From Isurus oxyrinchus (taxonomy: Eukaryota): a stretch of DNA of 64,000 nucleotides. The position numbers and the translations under genes were made by a program. Shown in pieces: positions 26,901-38,400 of the stretch (its first letter is position 1; every line of letters starts with the position of its first letter). Location of the stretch: positions 79,608,001 through 79,672,000 of the forward strand of contig JANJGN010000021.1 in the NCBI GenBank assembly GCA_026770705.1. The letters run 5' to 3'. The notes under the pieces were generated by a model. That model searched no databases and was not told where the DNA came from. It saw only the letters and a program-made list of their open reading frames with translations.

Positions 26901-27434
26901 CCTCTGGAGGTCACTAACACTTCCAAAATGCCTTCCTTTTTCCTCAAAGGAGGGTTTCCATTGTGATTGAGAGGGCCCTCTATCATGTCTGTCCCATTTT
27001 ATGGAATTCAAACAGCTCAAGTCTTGGTCATGTGACAAAGTGGTTTTGGGTTGAGCCCCTCAGCTAATGAGGTATCTGGTTGAAACCCATTGTATTTTGT
27101 GGCAGAGAATGGCGGTGTCGTTTGCACAACATTGGATATTAGTAGTCGCACATACCTCTACCTTTGTCCATAGCTGACTGTTGAAGACTTATCGTCTATG
27201 AGTCCTAAGTATTGGTTTGGCTGGGATGTTTATACAAGTCACATTTCAGGTAGCCTTTGTCCACTGGAACAACTTGGAATCTTCCAGAAACCAGCATGTG
27301 ATTAGCAGCAACCATTTTAACAGCCCAGCCATTTGTCCATTTTCAAAAAAGTAATAAGTTTTTAAGTAGCCAGGATGTTTCATATATATATTGCACATAT
27401 ATATATTTATATTCCTTCCTGGCTTCTGGCCAGG

Positions 27435-27765
27435 ACACATGGAACAACAATTTACTTGTACTTCTTTCAATTTAGTATACTGCTTTCAATGCTCACAATG
27501 CAGTCTGTCCTACATTGGGGAAAGTAAATGCACACTGCGCGATGTCTTCCAGAACACCTCCATTCAACCCCAAAACATGACCCTGAGTTTCCTGTTGTTT
27601 GTAATTTTAATTCTCCACCTTGGTCTCACTCTGACCTCGCTGTCCTTGACCCCCTGCAGTGTTGCAATGAAGCTCAAAGCAAGCACAAGGAACAGCACCT
27701 TATCTTTCAATTGAACAATTTACAGACTTCTGGACTCAACATTGAGTTCAACAATTATAGATTAT
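27435..27765 (+). mobile_element. Old Penelope GIY-YIG remnant
   Basis: NLVYCFQCSQCSLSYIGES...EQHLIF..L..GLNIEFNN. Confidence 0.8.
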
Positions 27766-28124
27766 AATCACTGGTCCCATTATTTTGTGAGGGGAACATA
27801 ACCTGTGATGGTCCTTCTCCAGTACAACTTGTTGAATGTGCTCCAATTTCCCACCTGCTCCCCAAATTCCTTGATTCACTGAGAGATCAAAAATCTCCCT
27901 ATCCCAATCTTGAATGTACTCAATGATGGAGCATCCACAACTCTTTAAGCTAAAGAATTCCAAAGATTCACAACTCTCTAAGTGAAGACATTTCTCCTCA
28001 TCTCAGTCCTAAATATTCAACCCCTTATCCTGAGGCTGTGTCCCCATATTCTAGATTCCCCTGCCAGGGGAAACAACCTCTCAGTGTTTACTCATGTCTA
28101 ATCATGTGATTAATAGTCTGGTAG

Positions 28125-28346
28125 AATATTGCTGAGAAAAGACTTTTTGTGAAAGCTTTTTGTCTTGCACTCATCAGGACAATTGTGAGAATACCAATGT
28201 CAGGGGAAACAGCTTTATGCTGTATGACTGCTGATTGGTTGGCAAGTGGACACTGGTGCATTCTCCATGGCAATGCCTCTACCAATCAGTGTCCAGATGA
28301 GTATGAGATGAAAAACTTTGACAAAATGTCTTTCTTTAGCAATACT
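28125..28346. repeat. Inverted repeat (about 57-bp arms) carrying decayed canonical hammerhead motifs
   Basis: Left arm on the minus strand reads TGTC-CTGATGA-GTGCAAGAC-AAAA-AGCTT; the right arm is a diverged inverted copy. Confidence 0.6.
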
Positions 28347-28643
28347 CAAGTTCTGTGATATCAAATGACTATTAGCCTGGTAGGAAGTAAATTAGAATGG
28401 ACCCTGGTCTTTATCTACCTTCCCATGACAGGAAGTTTATGCTTTCTGTCTCCAGGCAACAGATTTATGAAGAGATTCAACGCCATAGCTTTGCAGCAGT
28501 TCTTCCACCTTCACTTTAGTTCGGGAAGAGCATTAATAGAGGGCGCAACCTCCATTTTATTATAATCCAGCATCACTGGTGGATGTGTTTGTATTGACTA
28601 ACACAACTGAGGCTTCAGTTTGAGTCATGGTATGTAATAGGCT

Positions 28644-28686
28644 CTTAGCAACTCATGACAAGTGGATATTGGAGGGGTTTCATTGG
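28644..28686 (+). promoter_or_regulatory. Orphan X1-X2-Y module (candidate distal enhancer)
   Basis: CTTAGCAACTCATG(ACAA)-21nt-TTCATTGG, with an AP-1 site TGAGTCA at 28621-28627. Confidence 0.6.
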
Positions 28687-29319
28687 TAATCTGGTACAGC
28701 GATGACCCAAATAACGTTTACAGGTGGGATGGTGTAATTTCCAAATAGAAACTGCTGGTTTCTGGTTAGTCCCCTTTCTGACAGTGAATCTGTTACTTTA
28801 TCACTAACAGACAAGAACATGTCCTTATTTGGACACGAAGGTAATGTTGTTTGGAACAGTCTCATGTGTTGAACCAAAGTTCCTGTTTTATCTCATTTTC
28901 ACTTCCTCATACCAGAGAAAGAGGATTTGAAATCAGGACAGTGTTGGTGTGTGGTATTGTGTGTTAGTGTGTGTGTCAGATGGTTGGGGTGTGGGGCTGG
29001 GGCAGCACGGAGGAGCTGCATTTGCAATAAATCTGCTGTTGCCATTAAAGCCCATTTTCAGACTGGTGATGCGTTGTTCGATATTATACAATTGTCATTT
29101 TCATTAAAGCTTGGGAATAATATGATTATCGTCAGAATCCTCAGTTTTATTTTGTTATCTGAAGCAAAACGATTACAGCTATTGTTTGATGATGATGGTG
29201 TTGCCATGGGAACCAATTCCAAGTTTCTGAAGTCTTTAAATTCTTCCTTTCCAGAAAGATCTGTTTACAGCATAATTTCTTCATTAAATATAATTTCCAA
29301 AAACAGTTATTTTGAGCAA

Positions 29320-32300
29320 CTGCCACATCCCCCTCACTCACTGAGGCTCCTGCCCAGCAAACCCGCTGGAGCCTATCTTTGCCAACCTACCACTGCCTAT
29401 TCCAGTGAATCAGCTTTCACTGCCTCACTCAACATCTCCCTCAAATCCTCTTTCTCTGGTACGTGGAAGTGAAAATGAGATAAAACAGGAACTTTGGTCC
29501 AACACGTGAGACTGTTCCAAACAACATCTGCTCACTTGTGAATAAGGCTTTGCCACCCAGGACCTTATTGAGGATGACTGCATTAACATGATGGATTTGG
29601 GGAAACTTGGCTGATGGATGACAACCGTTTCCCTCTTAATGAAGCCTCCCTGCCTGTCTATACCTTCCACCACCTGCTCTGCAGAGATCATTGCAGTAAC
29701 ACTGTGGGCCTTATCGGTTCCTCTGATACTTTCTCCCATCCTGCCAGCCTCTGTTTTAAAGTCAAAAGCAAAATATTGCTGATGCTGGAAATCTGAAACA
29801 AAAACAAAAATAGCTGTTGAAGGGTGATATGGACTCGAAACGTTAACTGTGTTCCTCTCCACAGATGCTGTCAGACCTGCTGAGTTTTTCCAGCTATTTT
29901 TATTTCTGTTTTAAAGTCTGTGCTGTCGACTGCCCTCCAAACCCCACCTCACGTTTGAGGTTTCCTCAATCCTCTCCCAGCTTCTGCGCTGAGTGACTCC
30001 TCATCCTCAGTAGTTCAAACCCCCCTCAACTCACCCTGCTCTCTCCTGATTTCACGGGCCTCCTGTCCTCCATTAAGCCTCTTCTTCCATATAAACTCAT
30101 CCATATTCATAACCACCCTCCTGAAGTTGCCTCGTCCATGACATCGCTAAATCCTCAGATGATGCGACTCTTTAACCACTTCATGTCCCTCTCAATTCAT
30201 CCAATCCAGTGCCTCCTGTTTCTACCCCAAGAAAAAATTCCTCCAAAATCACTTACAGCAGCACTTAAATGTTTCAAACTCTTGTCTTTACCCCTATTTA
30301 CTGAAATATTTCTGCAGCTGTTATTCTGTCTAGCCTCTCCCCTACCTCCACTTTTGATGCCCTTGTCCCAGTGACATCTTAATCTTCCCCAACCTGGATA
30401 TAGTCTTGATCCATGTTTACTTAAGCACAAGGCTGCAAATTTCAGCATATCAGGCATATGACTGGTTTAACCATGATCACTAGATCTGTCTAGGTCACGT
30501 CAGGGTCATATCTGCTACTGTCAGGCTTCTCTCCTCAATGCTAGAATTGCTCATTATTTCAGGATTGTTCTGGAATGCAAAAATAGCCAGGCTACTTTTC
30601 TCCACTACAAACTCTTTAAACCCCTCTCCTCTCCACCCTCAACCTCCAGCGTGAGGAGCTCATGGATTCTTTGTCATAGAGATCATTCTTTCAGTTGCCT
30701 CTGCTGCTTTCCTCCTTTCCCTGTCCCACCAGGCTAAGCCAGCTCTCCTCCCCCACCCTACACCTGAACTTGTGCTTTCTCTAGTTTCTCCAATGTCTTC
30801 TTCACGTTTTTCTCCTAGAGAGCCATCTCTTGTTCACTCGACCCCATTCTGACTAAACTACTTTTATTTTAATTCATTCATGAGATGTGGGCGTTGCTGG
30901 TCTGGCCTGCCCATCTCCAATTGCCCTTTAGAGGGCATTTAAGAGTCAACCATGTTGCTGTGGGTCTAGAGTCACATGTAGGCCAGATGAGGTAAGGAAA
31001 GCAAATTTCCTCCCCTAAAAGACATTAGTGAACCACTCAATTTCCTCTCCTGGTCCCACGTTAACTGATAGTTAATAATTTTCTCCCTTGAAGTATGTCC
31101 ACCTCCTGTTCAAATCTGCTGCTATTACACTTCCACCTTTGCCCATCCTTTCAAACCACCACCCCATATCAACCTCAGTTGTCTCTTCAAAATCCCTCAA
31201 CTTGTTGTCCCCTCCCAAATTCACCCCATCTTTCCTCCAACTCAATGTCTGAATCCTTCTAGACTTCTGACCCTTCCACAGCATTGAAACAATAATCAAT
31301 GTCATAAACTGCATCCTGTGACTGTGACCAGGATGTACCATCCTTTCCCAACCACTATCTGCCTCTGGCATAGTTAACAAAGCTCAAAGCTAACCACCTC
31401 TGATGTCCAGCTCAGTGGGACTGTGCTGATCTGGTTCCACTCTTGCCTATCTGATCACCACCGCAGCATCTCCAGCAGTGGCCTATTTACTGACTCACAG
31501 TTGAGTCCCTAACTGATTAAATGTATTCTTGGATGTTTCATCCCATGTTCATCCCATGACTTGCCCCTACACTCCAGCCATTAGTTGGCCAACACATCCA
31601 TCCTTGTAGCATACTGCCTTCCTACACCAACTGGAAAGCAAAGACTCATTAACCAATTGGATGATGCTTGACTGTCAGCCAAAATAGCCTTTTTTTCCCC
31701 ACTTTGAACATTACCAGATATCAAAATATTGAAAGAAAATGACAAAAAACCTTTTTTAATGTCCCAGTGAATTTTCTCCAGGGTTGCACATAGCAGTGTC
31801 CTGAAGGTAGGTCTTCAATTCCTGGAAGTTCCAAAGCAATCCCAGAGGGTCTATCTTTCACCCATGCCATATCTTCATCCACAGCCATGTTTCACTATAT
31901 ATGCACTAACTATTGCATTTTATGCCTTAGAGCTATGCAGCAATAACTCTCATCAGGTTGTGTGTGAACAAGAGTTTAATTTCGTTGCTTTTAAAATATC
32001 TGCTTTCTCATAGTTCAAGCTTAGTTTCACAGGCTCAGCTAATAACACAGCACAGGGAGCAGCTGACAGACACACAAACACCAAATCATTGAAAAAGTCT
32101 GACATTTCTCAATCCTTCCAGTGCCTGTTCATTTATTAGACGGCTAGTCCAATTAGCAGTCTTGGATCAGCAGCAATTTCCTCCTGTTAAATATTGGAAG
32201 GACCGAAGACAATGACCCTGGTCCTGGACAATCTCTGAACCCGTCACCGATTATACCTCTCTACCTGCCTATTGTCACTAGTTGAACCAGACCATCTGTG

Positions 32301-32500
32301 ACACAAGCAGAGTTTCTGACTCTACAGTCTTGATCAGATGACTTTCTCCACCTACCTCAAACACCAGCCTCCAGCTCATCTGCCACTGAAACACTCACCT
32401 ATGTTTGTTTACAACATACGTGATTATTCCACTCTTTTGACTGGCCTCCCATTCCCCATCCTTCATAAATTTCAGCTCATACAAAATGAACCTGCCCTGT
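29320..32500 (+). mobile_element. Old L2-like LINE remnant (APE endonuclease to RT), interrupted by younger inserts
   Basis: NI.SLVNK...PLNEASLP.YTFHH (APE), LDPI.TKL and WFHS.LSD (RT), and a C-terminal QLIQN-like motif. Confidence 0.65.
29764..29905. mobile_element. Fold-back Penelope-tail mini-element with hammerhead-like motif
   Basis: TSD TCTGTTTTAAAGTC (29750-63, 29905-18); CTGTTGAAGGGTGATATGGACTCGAAACGTT. Confidence 0.72.
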
Positions 32501-33954
32501 AGGAGCCTCTCCCACAATGACTTCTGTTCTTACCTCTGCAGTTACTTCAAGAGTCTACCCAAGGATCTATCCTTTACCTCCTATTTCTTATACATGGTGA
32601 CTATACTTGCAGCCGTGGGTCTCTGCAAACATATGATGCAGAGCACCAAGATCACAGGTATGATGGAACTGAAACAGTCAGCTGGTGTATTTAGTTCTCC
32701 ATGGATACCCTCATTGTCTCTTGATCTCCCATGGGAATGTTTGGGACTTAATACTTTGTGACCCATAGAGAGGCCTTGAAGTCATGCTCACCTTGAGTTA
32801 ACCACAACTCCCATCAGGCATGCCTATTACATAATTGTTAAGACTGATTCAACAAGCAGAACTCAGTGAATGAATCCAGAAACCTCAGTCATGCCTGTTC
32901 AAATTCTCCTAGTCATGGATATGTCATACATCACTCAAATCTGTACAGGAAAATCATCTATGTTGAAAGATCTGAGATAATGCAAATAGAAATTCAAGAG
33001 GCAGCTTACTCAGTTCACATCCTCAAGTCCCAAAAATCAATATAGGGATAGTTATTCAATAAATGGTGACCAGTGTCCCTTCGGGATAGACAGAAGATGG
33101 TTATTCAAGAATATAGTCAGTGACCTATTGTAAGAAATGGCACCTTTAATAAAGGGTACTTTACAAGGTATAGAATTCCTTTGGAATTGGTAGGCATAGC
33201 ATTAAGCCACTTTGGCAGAGAAACTGTCTTCTTTCTCTGGAAAAGAGCTCAAATTGTCTCTAGCAATGTTGAACTTTCCTGATTCAGGTTTCCATGTTGA
33301 CATTCCTAAGTCAATAAGATGGTGTCTTGCAATCTCAACTCTTATCTATACAAATGTTTGTTATCAAATGGCCCAATACTAGGTAAACTAAAGGTGACAG
33401 AGCTAAATTGAATGGGCCGGGGGAGGGGGGCAGGGTGGGAAACTAGCCTGACATCTTGGGCACCTGTCCTGTAGTCATGGGCTAGAAGGGTCCTAACAGA
33501 TGATTGCCATAGGGTGAATTACCAGCCCCAGGAAGTATATTAACAGGTGCTTGGAGGTAGCTGGTTTCTTAGATGGAAGACAACCAGGGAAGATGGAGAA
33601 AGATGCAAGAGGAGCTTCTCAATACTATGGCTCACAAGCTGCTCAGATCAATACCCTCTGCAGGTCCCATTTGTTCATCCTCTTGGATCAGTAAACTATT
33701 CAACTGTCATGGGTCATATGATTTTCCTACCTAATTAGCCTATGCATCATATCTAAATCATCTCTTTATAAACTTAAACTACCTTAAAGAATCTGATCCA
33801 AATTGAAGCAACATTTATAATACAGCTTAAACAGTGATTAAATGTGAGTGAGTGAGTAGTTGCAAAGCCTAATCAGGATTACAATGGCATTGGCACATTA
33901 CTGGGCACTGCAAATAGATAGCAGTGAAATCATGCGGAGAGTGATTCAGCTTTT

Positions 33955-34330
33955 TAATAAATTATTTCATGGGATGCAGATGTCACTGCCAAGGCCAGCA
34001 TTTGCTGTCCATCTTTAATTGCCCTTGAACCAAGTGGCTTGCTAGGCCATTTCAGGGGGCAGTTAGTCAACCCCATTGCTGTGGGCCTGGAGTTACATGT
34101 AGGCCAGACTTGGGAAGGATAGCATATTCCCTTCCCTAAAGGCATTAGTGTGAAGCAGATTATTGTAAAAATCCATTTATGATAGAGGTCATGATCATAG
34201 AGATCACTGGGTGTATTAATTGAACTTAATCTCCACCAGCTGCCATAATTATTTGAACCCATGCCCATCAGGGCATTAGCCTGATCCTCTGGATTGCTAG
34301 TCCAGTGACAGTACCACTAGTCCATTGCAT
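33955..34330 (-). mobile_element. tRNA-derived SINE sharing its 3' tail with the second LINE family
   Basis: Box-B-like GGTTCAAAT and the common tail. Other copies near 30870, 45400, 50510-50770 and 51040-51360. Confidence 0.7.
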
Positions 34331-35453
34331 GGTCCACCACCAACAATTGCAGGAATTCTATTACATAGGTCTATGCCCCATTCTAATAAGGGATCACAGA
34401 ATCTCAGTGAAGAGGCCCTTCAGCCCATTGAGTTTGCACTGTGGGAGAGGTTAATCTGAAGTAACTATGTATTTGGATGTCCTTTCCAAATGTTGACACC
34501 CTGCAATCAGTTATATTTACACTGAAACCAGTGTTGACCCTAAAACAGTTTTGTTGTGAGTGATGTTGAGCAGTCTTGTGGAGACACATCCACCTAACCA
34601 ACATCCCCTATACCCCACTGATGGGGGAAGGGCTGTGCGGAGTAGAGTATTAGGTACTTACTGCAGAATACCAAGTCTTTCCTATTAAATGACAGCTCGT
34701 TTTTGTACAATGGGACAGTTAGTATAGAGGGTGCAGAGGGGAACTAGGCTCAAACCAAAACTCAATGCACATCAGCTCCATACTGCCAGCCAAAAAAAGT
34801 GTAAGTTTCTGCACATGTGTGCTTTGATTTTAAAGGACCTAAAATGTATTAATTAGGAATGATAGTTTGATCTCAAAGTGTGGGAGTGGCAAGAGAGTGT
34901 AAAGGACCAACACCGGCAGTCCCAAGTACAAATAGTCTTTATCATCAAACTGGTTCCACTATGACAAACACATTCAAAGATCATTAAAAGGTTATTAAAT
35001 CACAAGCTGCATAAAATCATTTAGATATAAAGTCAGAGAATTTGACAAGTAAATAATGTAGATTTCAAAACATTTACAAGGCTGAATGAACTGGACAAGG
35101 AAGTGTAAAAATAGGAAAGACTCAGACCTATACCCAACTCTGATCCCTGTATCTCACCTGGGGCGGGGGGAGAAAGGAGGAGGGAGGTTAGCCACTCATC
35201 ATGAGTCATGACAGTAAGTGGTACACTGATCATATCCCTGTTTTTAAGCTGTGTATTTAACATAAACAAGCTGCAATGTAAAAATCTCCATATTTCATAA
35301 AATTAATCATAAGCTGTCAAAAGCCAAGGTCAAGTCAAGTGAGCTATAGTCACTTTGGATACAGAGTCAGGAGAAGGGGTTAAGATGCATTTCAAAGCTG
35401 TTTTATCCTGTCTGCCATTGATGTTTCCAATCGAATCTGTGCAAGTGGGTCAG

Positions 35454-35479
35454 TTAACTGACAGCTGGACTCATCAAAC
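35454..35479 (-). CDS. mhc2b: MHC IIB exon 6 coding part (RLMSPAVS*)
   Basis: TTTGTTTCAG| acceptor, then GT TTG ATG AGT CCA GCT GTC AGT TAA. Unique non-repeat sequence (putative 3'UTR) follows. Confidence 0.8.
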
Positions 35480-38400
35480 CTGAAACAAAGATTACCAGGA
35501 TTAGAAAGTGCAGAGCCCATCTACTCAGCACATGCACACACTACTAATGTGAATCACTAAAGGGCACATGGTCAGCCTGCCATTAATCTCAATGGACAGA
35601 TAGCATTGGGCTAGAACTGTACAATACACTAGCACAATGGAGCTCTACAAAATGCACTTGACAGATTGTACAAATTCCACAGAAGCTGCCAAAACCATGG
35701 AAATGATCAAATTTTAGGTGGAGTCAGGGGTCACCTTTGTGATAAAGGAAACCTAGATTAAGATCTTCAGATGGAGTGTTTTCACCAATACGGCTAATCA
35801 GTTTGTGATAGCTTAGGGTCACAGACAGTTTAGCCTTGGGAAAATATCTCCCTAGTTTAAATTCTGTTATAATAGTCAAAACTGACTTCATTTGAAAGCA
35901 CTCACCCCTTCAAATCTAAAATAATTCTCTGCTAGGGTACTTACGTGGGCCGTGATTGCTGGAATCCAGGATTGCTGAAAGGGAAAGTAAACATGATTAG
36001 TTTGTCTGAGATGAAGGTTGTTGCTTTAAGGCCCACTCCAGGATTTTAGCGCAAAATGAGGGGACACTCCAGTGCAGTACTGTGGGAATGCTGCACCTTC
36101 AGAGGTACGAGCTTTCAGGTGAGATGCTAAGAGGCCCATCAAGTGGGTACATGATTCAATATCTTGAATGAGGAACAGGAGAATTATCCTTTGTGCCCTA
36201 AATTTCACCCAACAAATCAATATTAAGATTAGCTAGCTCATGTTTTTCCAGAACAGCCTGACAATCCCACAATACTATATCAAACACAGGGTCCCCATTT
36301 CCCCTTCACAGCCTGCTCTGAACTTCACCTCATTGTCAGTAACCCAGTCAATCTAGCAGCTACCAGACTGTAGAACTTGAAATATGAGTCTGTGTGTGAA
36401 TATATTACCATTTAATACAAGTGGAATTTCAATGAGTCTTGAAAATGTGGCTGTTAAATCTGTAGAACATGGGAGATGAGTATGTTGGTATAGGACCAAA
36501 GCACACTTATATCCTGGGTTACTGTTAGTCCATTATACATCTGGCCCTTTGCTCCTGAACCAAGAAAAATCCTACCCTGATGTTACAGCTACTTTTAACT
36601 GGCAAAATCCTGCTCTGGGATAGTAGGGCAATTGCAAGGAATTTCCTGCTCTGCTTTTAGTGTGGATGGAATGCTAAAGTGCAAAATCCTAGTTACCTTG
36701 TTCTAATTTTTAAAATCATTTACAGGATGTGGGTGTCATTGGCTAGGCCAGCATTTATTACCCATCCTTAATTGCCCTCAGTGAGCTGCCTTCTTGAACT
36801 GCTGCAGTCTTTGGTGTAGGTATATGGAGAGCTGCTAGGGAGGGAGTTCCAGGATTTTGACCCAGTGACAGCGAAGGAACAGTGATATATTTCCAAGTCA
36901 GGATGGAGAGTGTCTTGGAGGGGGAACTTCCAGGTGGTGATGTTCTCATGTATCTCCTGCCCTTGTCCTTCTAGATGGTAGTGGTCATGGTTTGGATGAT
37001 GATGTCTATGGAGCCTTGGTGAGTTTCTGCAGTGCATCTTGTAGATGGTACACATTGCTGCCACTATGCAGTGGTGGAAGGACTGAATGTTTGTGGATGG
37101 GGTGCCAATCAAACAGTTTGCTTTGTCCTGGATGGCATCAAGCTGCTCACGTTGTGGGAGCTGCACTCATCCAGACAAGTGGGGAGTATTCCAGCACACT
37201 CCTGATTTGAGAGTTGTAGATGGTAGACAGGTTTTGGGGAGTCAGGTGATGAGTTACTCACTGCAGGATTCCTAGCCTTTGACCTGCTCTTATATCCAGT
37301 AATTATATGGCCAGTCCAGTTCAGTTTCTGAAAAATGGTAACCCCCAGGATGTTGATAGTGGGGGAAATCAGTGATTAAATGTCAAGTGGCAATGGTTAG
37401 ACTCTCTTGTTGGAGATGGTCATTGCCTGGCACTTTTGCACAATTTTGCTAGGACTTCTTGATAACAGTCAAATGCTGCCTTGATGTCCAGGACAGTCAC
37501 TCAACTTACCTCTTGAGTTCAGCTCTTTTGTCCACAATTGAATCAAGACTATAATGAGGAGCTGACTGACCCTGGCAGAACCCAAATGGAGTATCAGTGA
37601 GCAGTTATTGCTAAGCTAGTGCTTCTTGCAAGCACAGTTGATGACCCCTTCCATTACTTTACTGATGGAGAGTAGACTGATGGGGCAGTAATTGGCCAGG
37701 TTGGATTTGTCCTGATTTGTGTACAGGACATACTTGGGCAATTTTCCACATTGCCAGATAGATGCCAGTGTTGTAGCTCTGCTGGAACAGTTTGGCTAGG
37801 GGCGTGGCAAGTTCTGGAACACAAATCTATCACTAAGTATTATTTTAGGAATATTTTTAGGCTCATGGTGTAATGTGAAAAACAAACTGCAAAGGCCAAG
37901 TCCCAAGGCAACACTAGCTAACTCTCAATGTGAGGGAATTGCCCTGCTAGTAGCAACAATGTCAAATTACTGGATTTCAGGGTAGCATTTGAGACTTAAA
38001 TTGATAACTCTACATTCCCTACCATCAGTTTTACTTTGTATAGTACAATATGAACAGCTTCCAGTTAGCCCAGGGTCAGCCGAAGACAGCAACCTGAGGG
38101 TAGGAGTGCCTTGTACTCTCCACAGAGACAGGAAGAGAATCTCACCTTTAGCATTCTTCAGCTTCATTATCACTCCAGCCAGCAGAATGATCAACCCGAT
38201 CCCAAAGCCCAGGGCTCCAACAATGATCTTGGGTTTCTCTGATTCAGGTGTGCTCTGTACTTCTGTGCAAGTAAAACAAGTGTTAGTGCAGCATTAGGTC
38301 CCCCATGGTAACAAAGCCTGCAGCCACACCACCACAGAATGGGATTCCAACTCAAATCCTTGTTCAGATGGGATTGCAATTGGGGGGGGGGGGGGGGGGG

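Noticed and set aside
28927-29472. 181-aa ORF between inverted repeats, as a possible transposase or cargo gene
   Set aside because: Non-ATG start, no recognisable domain, runs into L2 sequence, and no TSD.
33950-35450. Poly(A) signal of MHC IIB
   Set aside because: I saw no unambiguous AATAAA on the minus strand close to the stop, so the 3' end is not assigned.
37948-37965. X-like TAGCAACAATGTCA in intron 4
   Set aside because: No Y box at a suitable distance, so it is not counted as a module.
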